From positions 1 through 40,576 of the forward strand of contig JAZDKB010000002.1 in NCBI GenBank assembly GCA_043803405.1: DNA of 40,576 bases, written 5' to 3'. The position numbers were made by a program, and so were the translations under genes. Below, in pieces: positions 28,513-39,046 of this stretch (its first letter is position 1; every line of letters begins with the position of its first letter). Origin of the DNA: Spirochaetota bacterium (GTDB lineage: Bacteria; Spirochaetota; UBA4802; JAFGDQ01). The notes beneath the pieces were generated by a model that was not told where the DNA came from, did not search any database, and was given only the letters and a program-made list of their open reading frames with translations.

Positions 28513-29800
28513 TAATCTGGAATCTAATATTGCCGACACTCTGGGAATTGATCAATCTTCAAAACGCAGAAAGGGATTGAAGCGGTGGCTTATTATAGGT
28601 TCCCTTACCATCGCAGGGGCGATTATCTTTTTAATTATAAGTAAATCAGGGAAATCGGATTCCATACAATATAAAACTGAAGAAGTGAAACGCGGGAATT
28701 TTATTGTACAAGTCACTGCAACCGGAACTTTACAGCCGACAAACGAAGTGACTGTAAGTACCGAGCTGTCCGGTGTCATAAAAATCGTGTATGTAGATTA
28801 CAATGACAAGGTTAAAGTCGGGCAGATACTCGCAAGGCTGGATACCTCAAAGCTCGAAGCCCAGGTCACTCAATATAAAGCCGCGCTTGAATCTGCCAGG
28901 GCTAAAGTCCTTGAGGCGCAGGCAACAGTCAATGAAACCCGCGCTAAATTTGAACAGTATAAAAAAGTACGCGAACTCAGCAATAATAAGGTTCCATCGC
29001 AGTCAGACATGGGTACCGCAGAAGCATCGTTTGAAAGGGCAAAAGCCCAGGAAGCCAGTTATAAAGCTTCCGTTGCGCAGGCAAAAGCGAATCTCGATGC
29101 AATCGAAACTGATCTTTCCAAGTCTGTTATCCGTTCCCCGATCAATGGAATTGTTCTCACGCGCAGTATTGAACCCGGCCAGACTGTGGCTGCTGCTATG
29201 AGCGCTCCGACGCTTTTTACACTGGCAGAAGACCTTAAGCAAATGGAACTGCAGGTAAATGTTGATGAGGCCGATGTCGGGAAAGTCAAGGCAGGTCAAA
29301 AAGCAACCTTTACTGTTGCCGCGCATCCGAACCGGACATTTAATGCATGGATTAGCGAGGTACATTATGGTTCATCGACAACATCGGGTGTAGTTACCTA
29401 CACGACAGTTCTTAAAGTCAATAATTCGGATTTATCCCTGCGTCCGGGAATGACAGCGACTGCCGATATTGTAGTAAAAAATATTAAGAATACCATGTTG
29501 GTACCCGGTACAGCTCTTCGCTTCAGCCCTCCTGTGCAGGAGGAGAAAAAACCTTCCGCTCCTTCCGAGAGCAGTCTTGTAAGTTCTCTGCTTCCCCGTC
29601 CCCCAGGCAACAAGTCCGGGCAGAAACCGGATTCAACGGCTAATAAAAAGGAGCAGCGAGTCTGGATATTAAGGGATAGTAAGCTAATAGCTATCCCTGT
29701 TACTGTGGGTTCAACAAACGGAACAATGACGGAAGTTGTGTCAGGAAACATAAAAGAAGGTATGCTGGTGGTAACAGATACCATAACATCAGGTATATAA
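28502..29800 (+). CDS. MacA-like periplasmic adaptor subunit
   Basis: TM anchor, ATGTLQP, IRSPING, VDEADVG, LRPGMTA; in-frame ATG at 28502 with GGAG RBS. Confidence 0.9.
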   Translation: MKNNNLESNIADTLGIDQSSKRRKGLKRWLIIGSLTIAGAIIFLIISKSGKSDSIQYKTEEVKRGNFIVQVTATGTLQPTNEVTVSTELSGVIKIVYVDYNDKVKVGQILARLDTSKLEAQVTQYKAALESARAKVLEAQATVNETRAKFEQYKKVRELSNNKVPSQSDMGTAEASFERAKAQEASYKASVAQAKANLDAIETDLSKSVIRSPINGIVLTRSIEPGQTVAAAMSAPTLFTLAEDLKQMELQVNVDEADVGKVKAGQKATFTVAAHPNRTFNAWISEVHYGSSTTSGVVTYTTVLKVNNSDLSLRPGMTATADIVVKNIKNTMLVPGTALRFSPPVQEEKKPSAPSESSLVSSLLPRPPGNKSGQKPDSTANKKEQRVWILRDSKLIAIPVTVGSTNGTMTEVVSGNIKEGMLVVTDTITSGI

Positions 29801-29801
29801 T

Positions 29802-30521
29802 ATGAAATTCGATAATCAAACTAGTAATCCTCCCATTATAGAATTCCATGGTGTAACAAAGATGTATGGTACAGGCCAGGCGGCTTTTTACGCCCTTAAT
29901 GGAATTGATCTTCGTATCGATGAAGGCGATTTCGTTGCAGTAATGGGGCCGAGCGGCTCAGGCAAGTCTACATGTCTCAATATACTCGGCTGTCTGGATA
30001 TGCCTACGGACGGAGTTTATAAATTCAGAGATATCGACGTGTGTAAGTTGGACCACAACCAGCGGACACGTCTGCGGCGATATTATCTTGGATTTGTATT
30101 CCAGGGCTTTAATTTACTGAGCCGCACATCCGCCCTGGAAAACGTAGAACTGCCTCTCATTTATAGAGGCGTGCCGATAAAAGAACGCAGGAAGCGCGCT
30201 TTGGAAGCAATTAAAACTGTCGGTTTAAATGGGTGGGAAACACATACTCCGGGCGAACTATCCGGAGGCCAGCAGCAGCGTGTTGCGATTGCGCGTGCGA
30301 TTGTAAGCGAGCCTTCTGTTCTGTTCGCTGATGAGCCAACAGGCAACCTTGATACTGTACGGAGCCATGAAATCATGGAATTGCTTACCGGCCTGAACCG
30401 CGAAGGAATCACAATAATCATGGTGACACATGAAGCGGAAATGGCTGAATATGCGAGGCGTGTTGTGCATTTTTTAGACGGCCTGCTTGCCTCGGACAAA
30501 GTGAACGGGAGGATAAAATAA
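29802..30521 (+). CDS. ABC transporter ATP-binding protein (MacB/LolD-like)
   Basis: GPSGSGKS, LSGGQQQR, ADEPTGNLD. Confidence 0.95.
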   Translation: MKFDNQTSNPPIIEFHGVTKMYGTGQAAFYALNGIDLRIDEGDFVAVMGPSGSGKSTCLNILGCLDMPTDGVYKFRDIDVCKLDHNQRTRLRRYYLGFVFQGFNLLSRTSALENVELPLIYRGVPIKERRKRALEAIKTVGLNGWETHTPGELSGGQQQRVAIARAIVSEPSVLFADEPTGNLDTVRSHEIMELLTGLNREGITIIMVTHEAEMAEYARRVVHFLDGLLASDKVNGRIK

Positions 30522-31726
30522 TGGTTTGGAACATGCTATTACTGGCATTGCGCGAGATCAAACGAAACGTAATGCGTTCAGTCCTGACAATACTTGGCAT
30601 TGTGATCGGCGTTGGTGCGGTTATTACAATGGTAACAATCGGAGGCGGAGCCACTGCGCAGATAAAACAGCAGATTGAAAGTATGGGGAGCAACATGCTG
30701 ATGATCACCCCGGGTAAAAGGCTTGGACCCGGACAGTCCTCGGATAGTAAACCGTTCAAGGTGGCGGATGCTGAAGCAATCGCAAGGGATATCAGCTCTG
30801 TTGTTGCTGTTGCGCCGGTGTCCAATCAGTCCGTGCAGGCGATATTCGGAAATGAGAACTGGTCAACCGCTGTAACGGGGAGCGATAATCAGTATCTCAG
30901 GATAACAAACAGGTCGATCAAGTCCGGCAGGCAGTTCACAGACGGTGAACTGCGCAGCGGCGCGGCAATCTGTATTATAGGAGAGACTGTGCGCAAAAAG
31001 TTATTCGGCAGCCAGGAAGCGACAGGCGAAAGCATACGCCTGCAAAAGCTTTCATGCAAAGTAGTGGGTCTGCTTGCGGAAAAAGGGCAGAGCAGTATGG
31101 GAACGGACCAGGACGACATTGTGCTTATCCCTTTGACTGCTTTTCAGCGCCGCATTTCCGGCAACCAGGAGGTCGCCATTATACAGCTCTCAGTCAGGCA
31201 GGGCGCGAGTACCGAGAAGGTTCAGCAGGATATCGAACAATTAATGCGTGAACGCCGGCATCTTTCACCGAGCGATGATAATAATTTCAACGTTATGGAC
31301 ATGAAAGAAATAGCGAAAATGCTTACGGGGACAACGCAGCTCCTTACCGCCCTCCTGAGCGCAGTGGCTGCAGTCAGTTTACTTGTAGGCGGCATCGGCA
31401 TAATGAACATTATGATGGTATCCGTGACCGAACGCACCCGTGAGATAGGCATCCGGCTTGCAATCGGAGCTCTTGAACGCGAGGTGCTTATACAATTCCT
31501 TGTAGAAGCAGTAGTGCTATCTTCTTTAGGGGGCTTAACTGGCATTGTATTTGGCCTCGCCGGATCTGTTTGGCTTGGCAGTATATTGCGTGTACCGTTT
31601 ATTTTTAATGCGAGCATAGTAATAATAGCTTTTCTCTTTTCCGCGGCGGTAGGTGTGATATTCGGTTATTTCCCTGCTCTCAAAGCAGCCCGGCTTAATC
31701 CGATTGAAGCTCTGCGTTTTGAATGA
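30521..31726 (+). CDS. MacB-like ABC transporter permease
   Basis: RSVLTILGIVIGV, GGIGIMNIMMVSVTERTREIGIR, PIEALRFE. Confidence 0.93.
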   Translation: MVWNMLLLALREIKRNVMRSVLTILGIVIGVGAVITMVTIGGGATAQIKQQIESMGSNMLMITPGKRLGPGQSSDSKPFKVADAEAIARDISSVVAVAPVSNQSVQAIFGNENWSTAVTGSDNQYLRITNRSIKSGRQFTDGELRSGAAICIIGETVRKKLFGSQEATGESIRLQKLSCKVVGLLAEKGQSSMGTDQDDIVLIPLTAFQRRISGNQEVAIIQLSVRQGASTEKVQQDIEQLMRERRHLSPSDDNNFNVMDMKEIAKMLTGTTQLLTALLSAVAAVSLLVGGIGIMNIMMVSVTERTREIGIRLAIGALEREVLIQFLVEAVVLSSLGGLTGIVFGLAGSVWLGSILRVPFIFNASIVIIAFLFSAAVGVIFGYFPALKAARLNPIEALRFE

Positions 31727-32131
31727 TTAAAACATGATTTGTTATTATCCAATTCGATCGAACAAGTATTATGGTTACTGTGTACAAATTTTGGCACGAT
31801 TAACTACAAAAACGAGTGTGATAGTGTACTATAACTTATATTAAAAATAGCCAGTACGAGAAAATTTGTATTTTTAATATGAGTTAATTATTTTTTAACA
31901 CTGCAAACAAAACCTCATCCATCCGGCAATCCGCAGATAAACGCCTCTGTTAATTTATTAAAAAAAATAAAGTACGATTCCTATTTCCAGAGATCTCTTC
32001 TTTTAGGAAGAAGAGATCAGCTTCTTTTATTATTCTAAGACTGACTATTTTAACATGAATATTAATTCTCATGTTAAATCCGTGGTAAATATTAACACGG
32101 CGTCAGTAAAATAATTTTAAGGAGCGCTTTT

Positions 32132-33067
32132 ATGAAAAAAGCAATGTTAACAATTTTTACATTACTGTTGTTTACAGTAAAAATTTTCGGTGAGGAGAAT
32201 AAACCTGCTTCGAGAAATATTCTGGACTTAATGTATTTCCCAACAGCAGGGACTGTTTTTATTATGCCGTCCTTTACTTATACTAACACTTCCGCAAAGA
32301 CGGACGAAGGCACAAAGATAAAAGGCGAAAGCCAAAGTTCGGAATTAGAAGTCGGTTACGGACTAACAAATCAGATTGCATTATCATTGGCAGGTTCCTA
32401 TTACTTTAATGATTATACGAAGTATAATTTTACCGACGACACCAGTGATAAATATAAGTATAAAGGATTTACGGACCCGGAAATAAAAATAGCTTATCGT
32501 CCGTTTGAAAACAATATAATCTGTGACTTTTATTTAACCTATTCACCCAAATTGATTAAAAGCAAGGACGCAACATCAGATAAAAAGGGGACTGAAGGAA
32601 GAGGGGGCCACGAGATAGACGGCGGAATACAGATAGGCAAGAAAATCGGCAACTCCCAGTTTATGGGCGAAGTATCTTATGCGTATTTTACAGAAAGAAA
32701 AACCGAAGATGCGGAAGACAACAGTACAACAAAAACCAAGGGAGGTGATGTAATATATGCTTCACTTGAGTACCAGTATAACGTTCTGAAAGATCTGGCG
32801 TTTAATATCGGTTTTAGTTACGGTTATGTAATGGAAGAAAAATCGAAAAATAATTCGGATAATAGCAGTATTAAAAGTAATCCGTATAATATGTTCATTA
32901 TCCCGGTTGGGATAAAATATGCAATTATTCCACAGCAGTTGAGTATTGAAGCGAATTATGCATATTGTTTTACCGATGATCAAAAATTTAAAGCAAACGG
33001 CAGTTCATATAAAATTAATGATTACAGGACAAATGCCTTTGGAATCGGATTATTATATCAGTTTTAA
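32132..33067 (+). CDS. Putative outer-membrane beta-barrel protein
   Basis: Signal peptide, amphipathic aromatic strands, C-terminal GLLYQF. Confidence 0.7.
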   Translation: MKKAMLTIFTLLLFTVKIFGEENKPASRNILDLMYFPTAGTVFIMPSFTYTNTSAKTDEGTKIKGESQSSELEVGYGLTNQIALSLAGSYYFNDYTKYNFTDDTSDKYKYKGFTDPEIKIAYRPFENNIICDFYLTYSPKLIKSKDATSDKKGTEGRGGHEIDGGIQIGKKIGNSQFMGEVSYAYFTERKTEDAEDNSTTKTKGGDVIYASLEYQYNVLKDLAFNIGFSYGYVMEEKSKNNSDNSSIKSNPYNMFIIPVGIKYAIIPQQLSIEANYAYCFTDDQKFKANGSSYKINDYRTNAFGIGLLYQF

Positions 33068-33141
33068 TTTAAGAAGATAATTTAAAGGAATACAATAGTG
33101 TTCAAATAATTATAAGTAATCACAAGTTAAGAGCTAAATTA

Positions 33142-33184
33142 TAAAACCGATGTGATCTGCAATAATACCGAACGCATCGGTTTA
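33142..33184. terminator. Probable bidirectional terminator between convergent genes
   Basis: AAAACCGATG...CATCGGTTTT inverted repeat. Confidence 0.55.
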
Positions 33185-33282
33185 TTTTTAATATATGTAT
33201 TATTTTATTGTTACAGACGTATTACGACGTTAGGGAAATAAAAATATTTTTGAAAACTGATGACAAATTTTTTAATGTTAAC

Positions 33283-35742
33283 TTACGAAGCTTTTCTTTC
33301 CTGCATAGCTTTAACAATCGATCCCTTTACTTCGTTCGCGATCTGGGAGTACGATTTCTTCTTGGGAAATACAGGCGGAAGAAAATCCACGCTGATCTTT
33401 TTACCGGGCTTCGGGAAGCGGCTGCCTGTCGGCAGGGCTTCGTAAGCGCCGTTGATAGCGACAGGGACAACAGGGACGCCTATTTCCCTGCTTAGAATTG
33501 CGAAAGTCTGCTTGAACTCGCCCACATCGCCGTCCTTTGTCCTTGTGCCTTCAGGGAATATGATAATATTTTTTCCCTTCTTTAATACTTCAGCAAGCTT
33601 TTGAATTGATCCTTTAAGGTCGTTTGTTAAATCAACAACAATGACATTGTTCTTTCTCGCAATAAACCTTAGTAATGCGTTTTTAACGTGTTTGGATTTC
33701 GCGTAGAAATAGGTATTCTTTAATAGTTTGCGTCTAAGGTAAATGGTGACATACATGCCATCAAAAAAGCTCTGATGATTTGGCGCCAGGATGAAAGGCG
33801 GCTTCGGCAGATTTTTATGTCCATAGCCATTAAGTTTGAACCATAGTTTAAATGCGCCTTTGCTTACATACTTGAAGAGTTCGCCGGTGTACCATGTCTT
33901 TGGAAGTGTGACATGGACTTTTTCTCTCAAAATATCCGCCCAGTTTACAATGCTGTCGTGAAGCTTTGTCCTTGTATCTCGCACGAATTCACTGAGCTTA
34001 AGAAGATTAGGATAATTGGAAAGATGATCGTCTTTTATTTTTATGCCGAAAGAATTTTCGAGAAATACCAGAAGCCCTACCTTTGAAAGTGAATCCAGCC
34101 CAAGGTCGAATTCAATGTGGTCATCAGGGAAAACATTGTTCCCTGTTTCAGCTTCAAGATAGTCCTTTATAAGTATATATTCTTTAAATGTAGGTTCTTT
34201 TGTGCGCTCTTTGGTTTTGGTAGTTTCAAGATTTGCCAGCTCGAATCTTTTAATCTTTCCCAGCCTGGTTTTTGGAAGTTCATCGTGAGTAATGCTGAAT
34301 TTTAACAGCTTTTTGTAAGGTGATACGGAATTATTATATCCAGAAATCAGATCAAATAATGTTTTCTCAGCGGATTGCTGCGGATCCTTTGCCTGTGTTT
34401 TGTCCTGATGTATGATAACCTGAAGTTTGCCGTCTTTTAGAAACACTCCGGCTTCTTTAATGAGGCTGCTCATCTTTACGAGTTTTTCTTCTATCTCGAC
34501 AGGGTTAACGTTTTTGCCGTTGGCCAGGACGATGATCTCCTTCTTCCTGCCTGTGATTGTGAGATAACCGTCATTGTCCAGCTCGCCCAGATCGCCGGTG
34601 TGAAGCCAGCCTTTCTTTATTACCTGCGCAGTTTCTTCCGGCCTTTTGTAATAACCCTGCATAACATTCTTCCCGCGCGCGCAAATCTCCCCGTTACGGA
34701 TTTCAATATCTACTCCGGGCATTGCCTGTCCGGTAGTGCCTATCTTAACTTTGCCCGGCCTCGGGAACGTAATCATGGGAGCAGACTCGGTCATTCCGTA
34801 TCCTTCGAGCACATCAAATCCGAGGGTATTAAAGTCATAGCTTATTTTCGTATTTAACGCAGCGCCTCCGGAAACAAGGTACTTGATCTCTCCGCCAAGT
34901 TTCCTGTGGACTTTCTTAAAAAGTATTTTTGAAAATGTTCTTGAGTTAATAAGTTTTGCCATTTTAAAAATTGCGGCTGTAACGGCGCTTGCGTTTATCT
35001 TGTTCATTATGCCGTTCCGGATCATTTCGTAGAATCTCGGCACACCGATAATTATCGTGATCCTGTTTTTTACAAGCGTGCTTATAATATCCTCGCTTTT
35101 AATAGACGGGCTTATTGCCATTAAGGACTGGACACAGAGCGTAGCGAACATTGTTCCAAGGATCGGCAGTATGTGATGAAGCGGAAGAAGAACGAGGATT
35201 CTTTCTCCTTCCCTGTATATGCCGGCTTCCACGACAGCATCCACATTGCAGAACAGATTTTCAAAGGAAAGCATAACTCCCTTTGGGCTGCCCGTAGTTC
35301 CGGATGTGTAAATAATAAGGGCGGTGCGGGAAATATCTTCCACATTAATATTTTCAGTATATTCAGCGGATTGTTCCGGGATATCGTCTAAAATGAAAAG
35401 CTTCATCTTATGCTTAACCTTTTTAAGCGCGGTTTTGGCTTTTGCAAGGTTCTCGCGCGATGTAAATATTACTTCGGGCTTGCAATCTTTCAGGATGTAT
35501 AATAATTCGTCAGGCGTGCTAAGGTGGTCAACAGGCACCATGATCGCGTTTTTCTTCCAGCCTGCGTAAAAGACGTATACAAATTCCGGTCTGTTCTCGG
35601 AGTAAATTACGATCTTTTCAGCTTTAATTTTTTTTAATAGATTATAGTAATATTGTACTCTTCCAAGGAGGCCGCTGTATGTGATTTTAAAATCGCCGTA
35701 GGTTATAGCTGTATTTTCTGATTTTTGCAGTATTGTTCTCAT
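33283..35742 (-). CDS. Long-chain acyl-CoA synthetase - ACP - PlsC-type acyltransferase fusion
   Basis: YTSGTTGSPKG, GYGMTE, TGDLG; DLGLDSL carrier Ser; NHQSFFD and FPEGTR. Confidence 0.9.
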   Translation of the reverse strand: MRTILQKSENTAITYGDFKITYSGLLGRVQYYYNLLKKIKAEKIVIYSENRPEFVYVFYAGWKKNAIMVPVDHLSTPDELLYILKDCKPEVIFTSRENLAKAKTALKKVKHKMKLFILDDIPEQSAEYTENINVEDISRTALIIYTSGTTGSPKGVMLSFENLFCNVDAVVEAGIYREGERILVLLPLHHILPILGTMFATLCVQSLMAISPSIKSEDIISTLVKNRITIIIGVPRFYEMIRNGIMNKINASAVTAAIFKMAKLINSRTFSKILFKKVHRKLGGEIKYLVSGGAALNTKISYDFNTLGFDVLEGYGMTESAPMITFPRPGKVKIGTTGQAMPGVDIEIRNGEICARGKNVMQGYYKRPEETAQVIKKGWLHTGDLGELDNDGYLTITGRKKEIIVLANGKNVNPVEIEEKLVKMSSLIKEAGVFLKDGKLQVIIHQDKTQAKDPQQSAEKTLFDLISGYNNSVSPYKKLLKFSITHDELPKTRLGKIKRFELANLETTKTKERTKEPTFKEYILIKDYLEAETGNNVFPDDHIEFDLGLDSLSKVGLLVFLENSFGIKIKDDHLSNYPNLLKLSEFVRDTRTKLHDSIVNWADILREKVHVTLPKTWYTGELFKYVSKGAFKLWFKLNGYGHKNLPKPPFILAPNHQSFFDGMYVTIYLRRKLLKNTYFYAKSKHVKNALLRFIARKNNVIVVDLTNDLKGSIQKLAEVLKKGKNIIIFPEGTRTKDGDVGEFKQTFAILSREIGVPVVPVAINGAYEALPTGSRFPKPGKKISVDFLPPVFPKKKSYSQIANEVKGSIVKAMQERKAS

Positions 35743-35891
35743 TCGGTTTTCTTTAAACAAGTATTGTAAGCTTTAATTATCCGGATGACCTGGATATGAA
35801 GGTGAGTCAAAGCCTGTCCATACTTATGGTTATTGGTTAAAAAGCAAGAAGAAAAAAGAAAAGATGAGTATTAATCAACAGAAATAGATAC

Positions 35892-37526
35892 TTAAAGGCT
35901 AAGCCTTTCGTGGCCGTGATACATTTCATCTCTCAATGCCCTTACGTCTTTATTTTCGATATATTCATCGAATGTCATGTAGCGGTCAATAACGCCACCG
36001 GGCGTAATTTCGATTATCCTGTTCGCAATAGAGTCGATGAACTGATGATCGTGCGAAGAGAAAAGGATTACTTCCGGAAACTTGATAAGCCCGTTGTTAA
36101 GCGATGTTATAGATTCAAGGTCAAGATGGTTTGTTGGCTCGTCCAGAATAAGAGCATTGGCTCCCGAAAGCATCATCATGGAAAGCATGCAGCGTACTTT
36201 TTCGCCTCCGGAGAGAACGTTTACTTTTTTAAGCGAGTCATCACCCGAGAAAAGCATCCTGCCGAGGAATCCCCTTACGAATGTCTCGTCCTTTTCCTCC
36301 GAATACTGCCGCAGCCAGTCGATTATTCTTAAATCGCCGGAAAAATACTCCGTGTTCTCTTTAGGGAAATACGATTGCTTTATTGTTTCGCCCCAGCGGA
36401 ACTCGCCTGAGTCGGGTTTTACTTCGCCTGTTATCATCTGGAAAAATACGGTCTTCGCGAGATTGTTCTGCCCCACAAAGGCAATCTTGTCATTTTTTGC
36501 AACGATAAGATTAAAGTCTTTAAGAAGCACGGTGCCGTCAATTGCCTTTGAAAGATTCTCTACAGTCAGGATTGATTTTCCGCATTCGCGTCCCGGTTTA
36601 AAGGCTACGTACGGGAATTTGCGCGATGTAGCAGGTATCTCCTCGAGCGTAAGTTTCTCAATAAGCTTTTTCCTGGATGTTGCCTGTTTTGCCTTTGACG
36701 CGTTGGAGCTGAATCTCTCCACAAATGATTTTAGTTCTTTTATTTTATCTTCTTTCTTTCTGTTTTCTTCGCGCTTTTGTTTAACAGCCAGCTGGCTTGC
36801 CTCTGCCCAGAAATCGTAATTGCCTGCGTATATCTGTATCTTTCCGAAATCAATGTCCGCTATATGGGTGCATACTTTATTCATAAAATGTCTGTCGTGC
36901 GATACTACAATGACTGTGTTGTTAAAATTATACAGAAAGTTTTCCAGCCATGTAATGGATTCAATGTCGAGATTGTTCGTAGGCTCGTCGAGAAGCAGAA
37001 TATCCGGGTTCCCGAAAAGCGCCTGTGCCAGCAGCACTCTTACCTTTTGCCCCCCTTCCAGTTCTTTCATAAAGCGCCCGTGAAGCGCTTCTTCAGTTCC
37101 AAGGCCGGAGAGTAAAGACGCGGCATCAGACTCCGCTTCGTATCCGTTCATTTCATCGAGCATCTCTTCTATTTCCGCAGCCCTGTGCCCGTCCTCTTCG
37201 GAAAAATCCTCGCTGGAATAAAGCGAATTGCGTTCTTTTAAAACATCATACAGTTTTTTATGCCCCATAATTACAGTGTCCAGCACCGTGTAATCATCGA
37301 ACGCGAATTGATCCTGCTGAAGCATGGCAATTCTTTCATCAGGTTTGGTTTCGACCTTCCCTGTATTCGATTCTATTTCGCCTGAAAGTATTTTAAGGAA
37401 CGTGGATTTTCCCGAACCGTTTGCGCCGATAAGCCCGTAGCAGTTTCCGGGAGCGAACCTGATGTTGACATCCTTGAACAGTATTTTTTTGCCGAAAGAA
37501 AGTGTGACATCGTTTATATTTAACAT
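35892..37526 (-). CDS. ABC-F family ATPase (YbiT/YkpA-like)
   Basis: Two ABC domains (GANGSGKS, LLDEPTNNLD; LSGGEK, LDEPTNHLD), no TM segments. Confidence 0.93.
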   Translation of the reverse strand: MLNINDVTLSFGKKILFKDVNIRFAPGNCYGLIGANGSGKSTFLKILSGEIESNTGKVETKPDERIAMLQQDQFAFDDYTVLDTVIMGHKKLYDVLKERNSLYSSEDFSEEDGHRAAEIEEMLDEMNGYEAESDAASLLSGLGTEEALHGRFMKELEGGQKVRVLLAQALFGNPDILLLDEPTNNLDIESITWLENFLYNFNNTVIVVSHDRHFMNKVCTHIADIDFGKIQIYAGNYDFWAEASQLAVKQKREENRKKEDKIKELKSFVERFSSNASKAKQATSRKKLIEKLTLEEIPATSRKFPYVAFKPGRECGKSILTVENLSKAIDGTVLLKDFNLIVAKNDKIAFVGQNNLAKTVFFQMITGEVKPDSGEFRWGETIKQSYFPKENTEYFSGDLRIIDWLRQYSEEKDETFVRGFLGRMLFSGDDSLKKVNVLSGGEKVRCMLSMMMLSGANALILDEPTNHLDLESITSLNNGLIKFPEVILFSSHDHQFIDSIANRIIEITPGGVIDRYMTFDEYIENKDVRALRDEMYHGHERLSL

Positions 37527-37822
37527 TTATTTACAGCCTGCCTTTTAAAAAATAAATTATAAATTGCTTTGAATTATAATAATATCAACTCATCTTAACA
37601 GTTAATCAAGAGATTTCTCACATCCGTTCGAAATGACACAGTACTAATCATTTCGTAAACTGCTATAAACTCTTTTGGATGTGCAATTAATAGCAAAAGT
37701 ACACTCATAAAATTTATCAGTATATGTCAAGAAATATTAATTGATGGGACGATAGAAAGTTCTTATACAGAGATAAACGCAGCTTAACTGTGTTCCAGGC
37801 AGAGCATGCCTGCGCCGGTTTT

Positions 37823-38893
37823 TTAGAATTTAGGGGAAACAGCAGTGTTCTTTTTTGACAGGTACATATTATAATCGGCTTCTTCTATAACTTTTTTTAT
37901 TTCGTGCCTTTTGCCCGAGCCGTAACCGAAGGAGTAACCGACTTTAATGCCGTTAACAAGTTCTTTACCATTGCCATGTTTTAAAATTTTAATTATTCTT
38001 TCTGTTGCGTTTGCCAGCTGGGCATCCGTAGCGGATTGCAGCAGTATTATAAATTCATCTCCGCCTAACCTGAACAGAATATCATCTTCCCTTATGCATG
38101 ATTTAAAAAATATGGCGGATGCTTTTAATACATTGTCTCCGACCATGTGGCCATAAGAGTCGTTTATTTCTTTAAAGTCGTTCAGGTCTACTACTATTGC
38201 GGTGATATGCTCTTTCTCAATACTGCGCCTGTGTGGGTCGGAGCTTTCCCATTGTGCGGATAACTGATCGAATTTCATGCGGTTATACGCGCCTGTGAGG
38301 CTGTCCGTATGTGACAGCCTTATGACGCTTTCGTAAAGATAAGCATTCGCGAATGCTATTGCGGAAAAGTCCGCAATAGTCTTCAAAATAAACATCTCCT
38401 CTTCCGAGAACAGTGTCCCATCAGCGTGGTTTATTATTTCTATGACGCCGTATACTTTTTCATGATATATTAAAGGAACGGCCATTATTGATTTTGTTTT
38501 AAATCCGGTACGCGTATCTACTTTCTCTGAAAAATTATTATCTTTTGCAGTATCCGGCACAAAATAAGGAAATTTATTTTTTACTACGAAGCCCGCGATC
38601 CCTTCACCGTTTTTAAGCCTTATATCTTCAACATAGCTTAAACCTACAGGACCGTTAAAGATCACAAAAAACAGTTCATCAGTTGCTTCATCCAGGCGCA
38701 AAAGGCTCCAGTACTCGGGTTTAAAGTACAAATGTATCTCTTCCATTATTCCCTGGATTATCCGGTCGAACTCCAGAGAAGATGTAATAAGTTTGCCGAT
38801 GTTCGCGTAAAGCTGATTAACTGATTTATCCACTATTGTTTTCCTGGTATAATATTTCCTACAGATTATTTTTATATTATATAGTTTTGTCAA
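37823..38893 (-). CDS. GAF-GGDEF diguanylate cyclase (start may be GTG near 38833)
   Basis: GEGIAG GAF motif, DSLTG, DLNDFKEINDSYGH, RxxD I-site five residues before GGDEF. Confidence 0.92.
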   Translation of the reverse strand: MTKLYNIKIICRKYYTRKTIVDKSVNQLYANIGKLITSSLEFDRIIQGIMEEIHLYFKPEYWSLLRLDEATDELFFVIFNGPVGLSYVEDIRLKNGEGIAGFVVKNKFPYFVPDTAKDNNFSEKVDTRTGFKTKSIMAVPLIYHEKVYGVIEIINHADGTLFSEEEMFILKTIADFSAIAFANAYLYESVIRLSHTDSLTGAYNRMKFDQLSAQWESSDPHRRSIEKEHITAIVVDLNDFKEINDSYGHMVGDNVLKASAIFFKSCIREDDILFRLGGDEFIILLQSATDAQLANATERIIKILKHGNGKELVNGIKVGYSFGYGSGKRHEIKKVIEEADYNMYLSKKNTAVSPKF

Positions 38894-39046
38894 TGAGTTA
38901 ATTTTATGTAATGTTTTCTGAAACAGGATTATTGATTCATTTTACCCGGAATTCCTGATTATTCTTGACAGAAAATTTTAAATACTAATAAATGATAGAT
39001 CAACTTAGTATTTCCTTAAAAAATAAATAATCAGGAAAAAATAAAC

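Noticed and set aside
37610..37638. GAGATTTCTCACATCCGTTCGAAATGACA half-repeat
   Set aside because: Resembles small intergenic repeats, but a single partial copy is not enough to support a call
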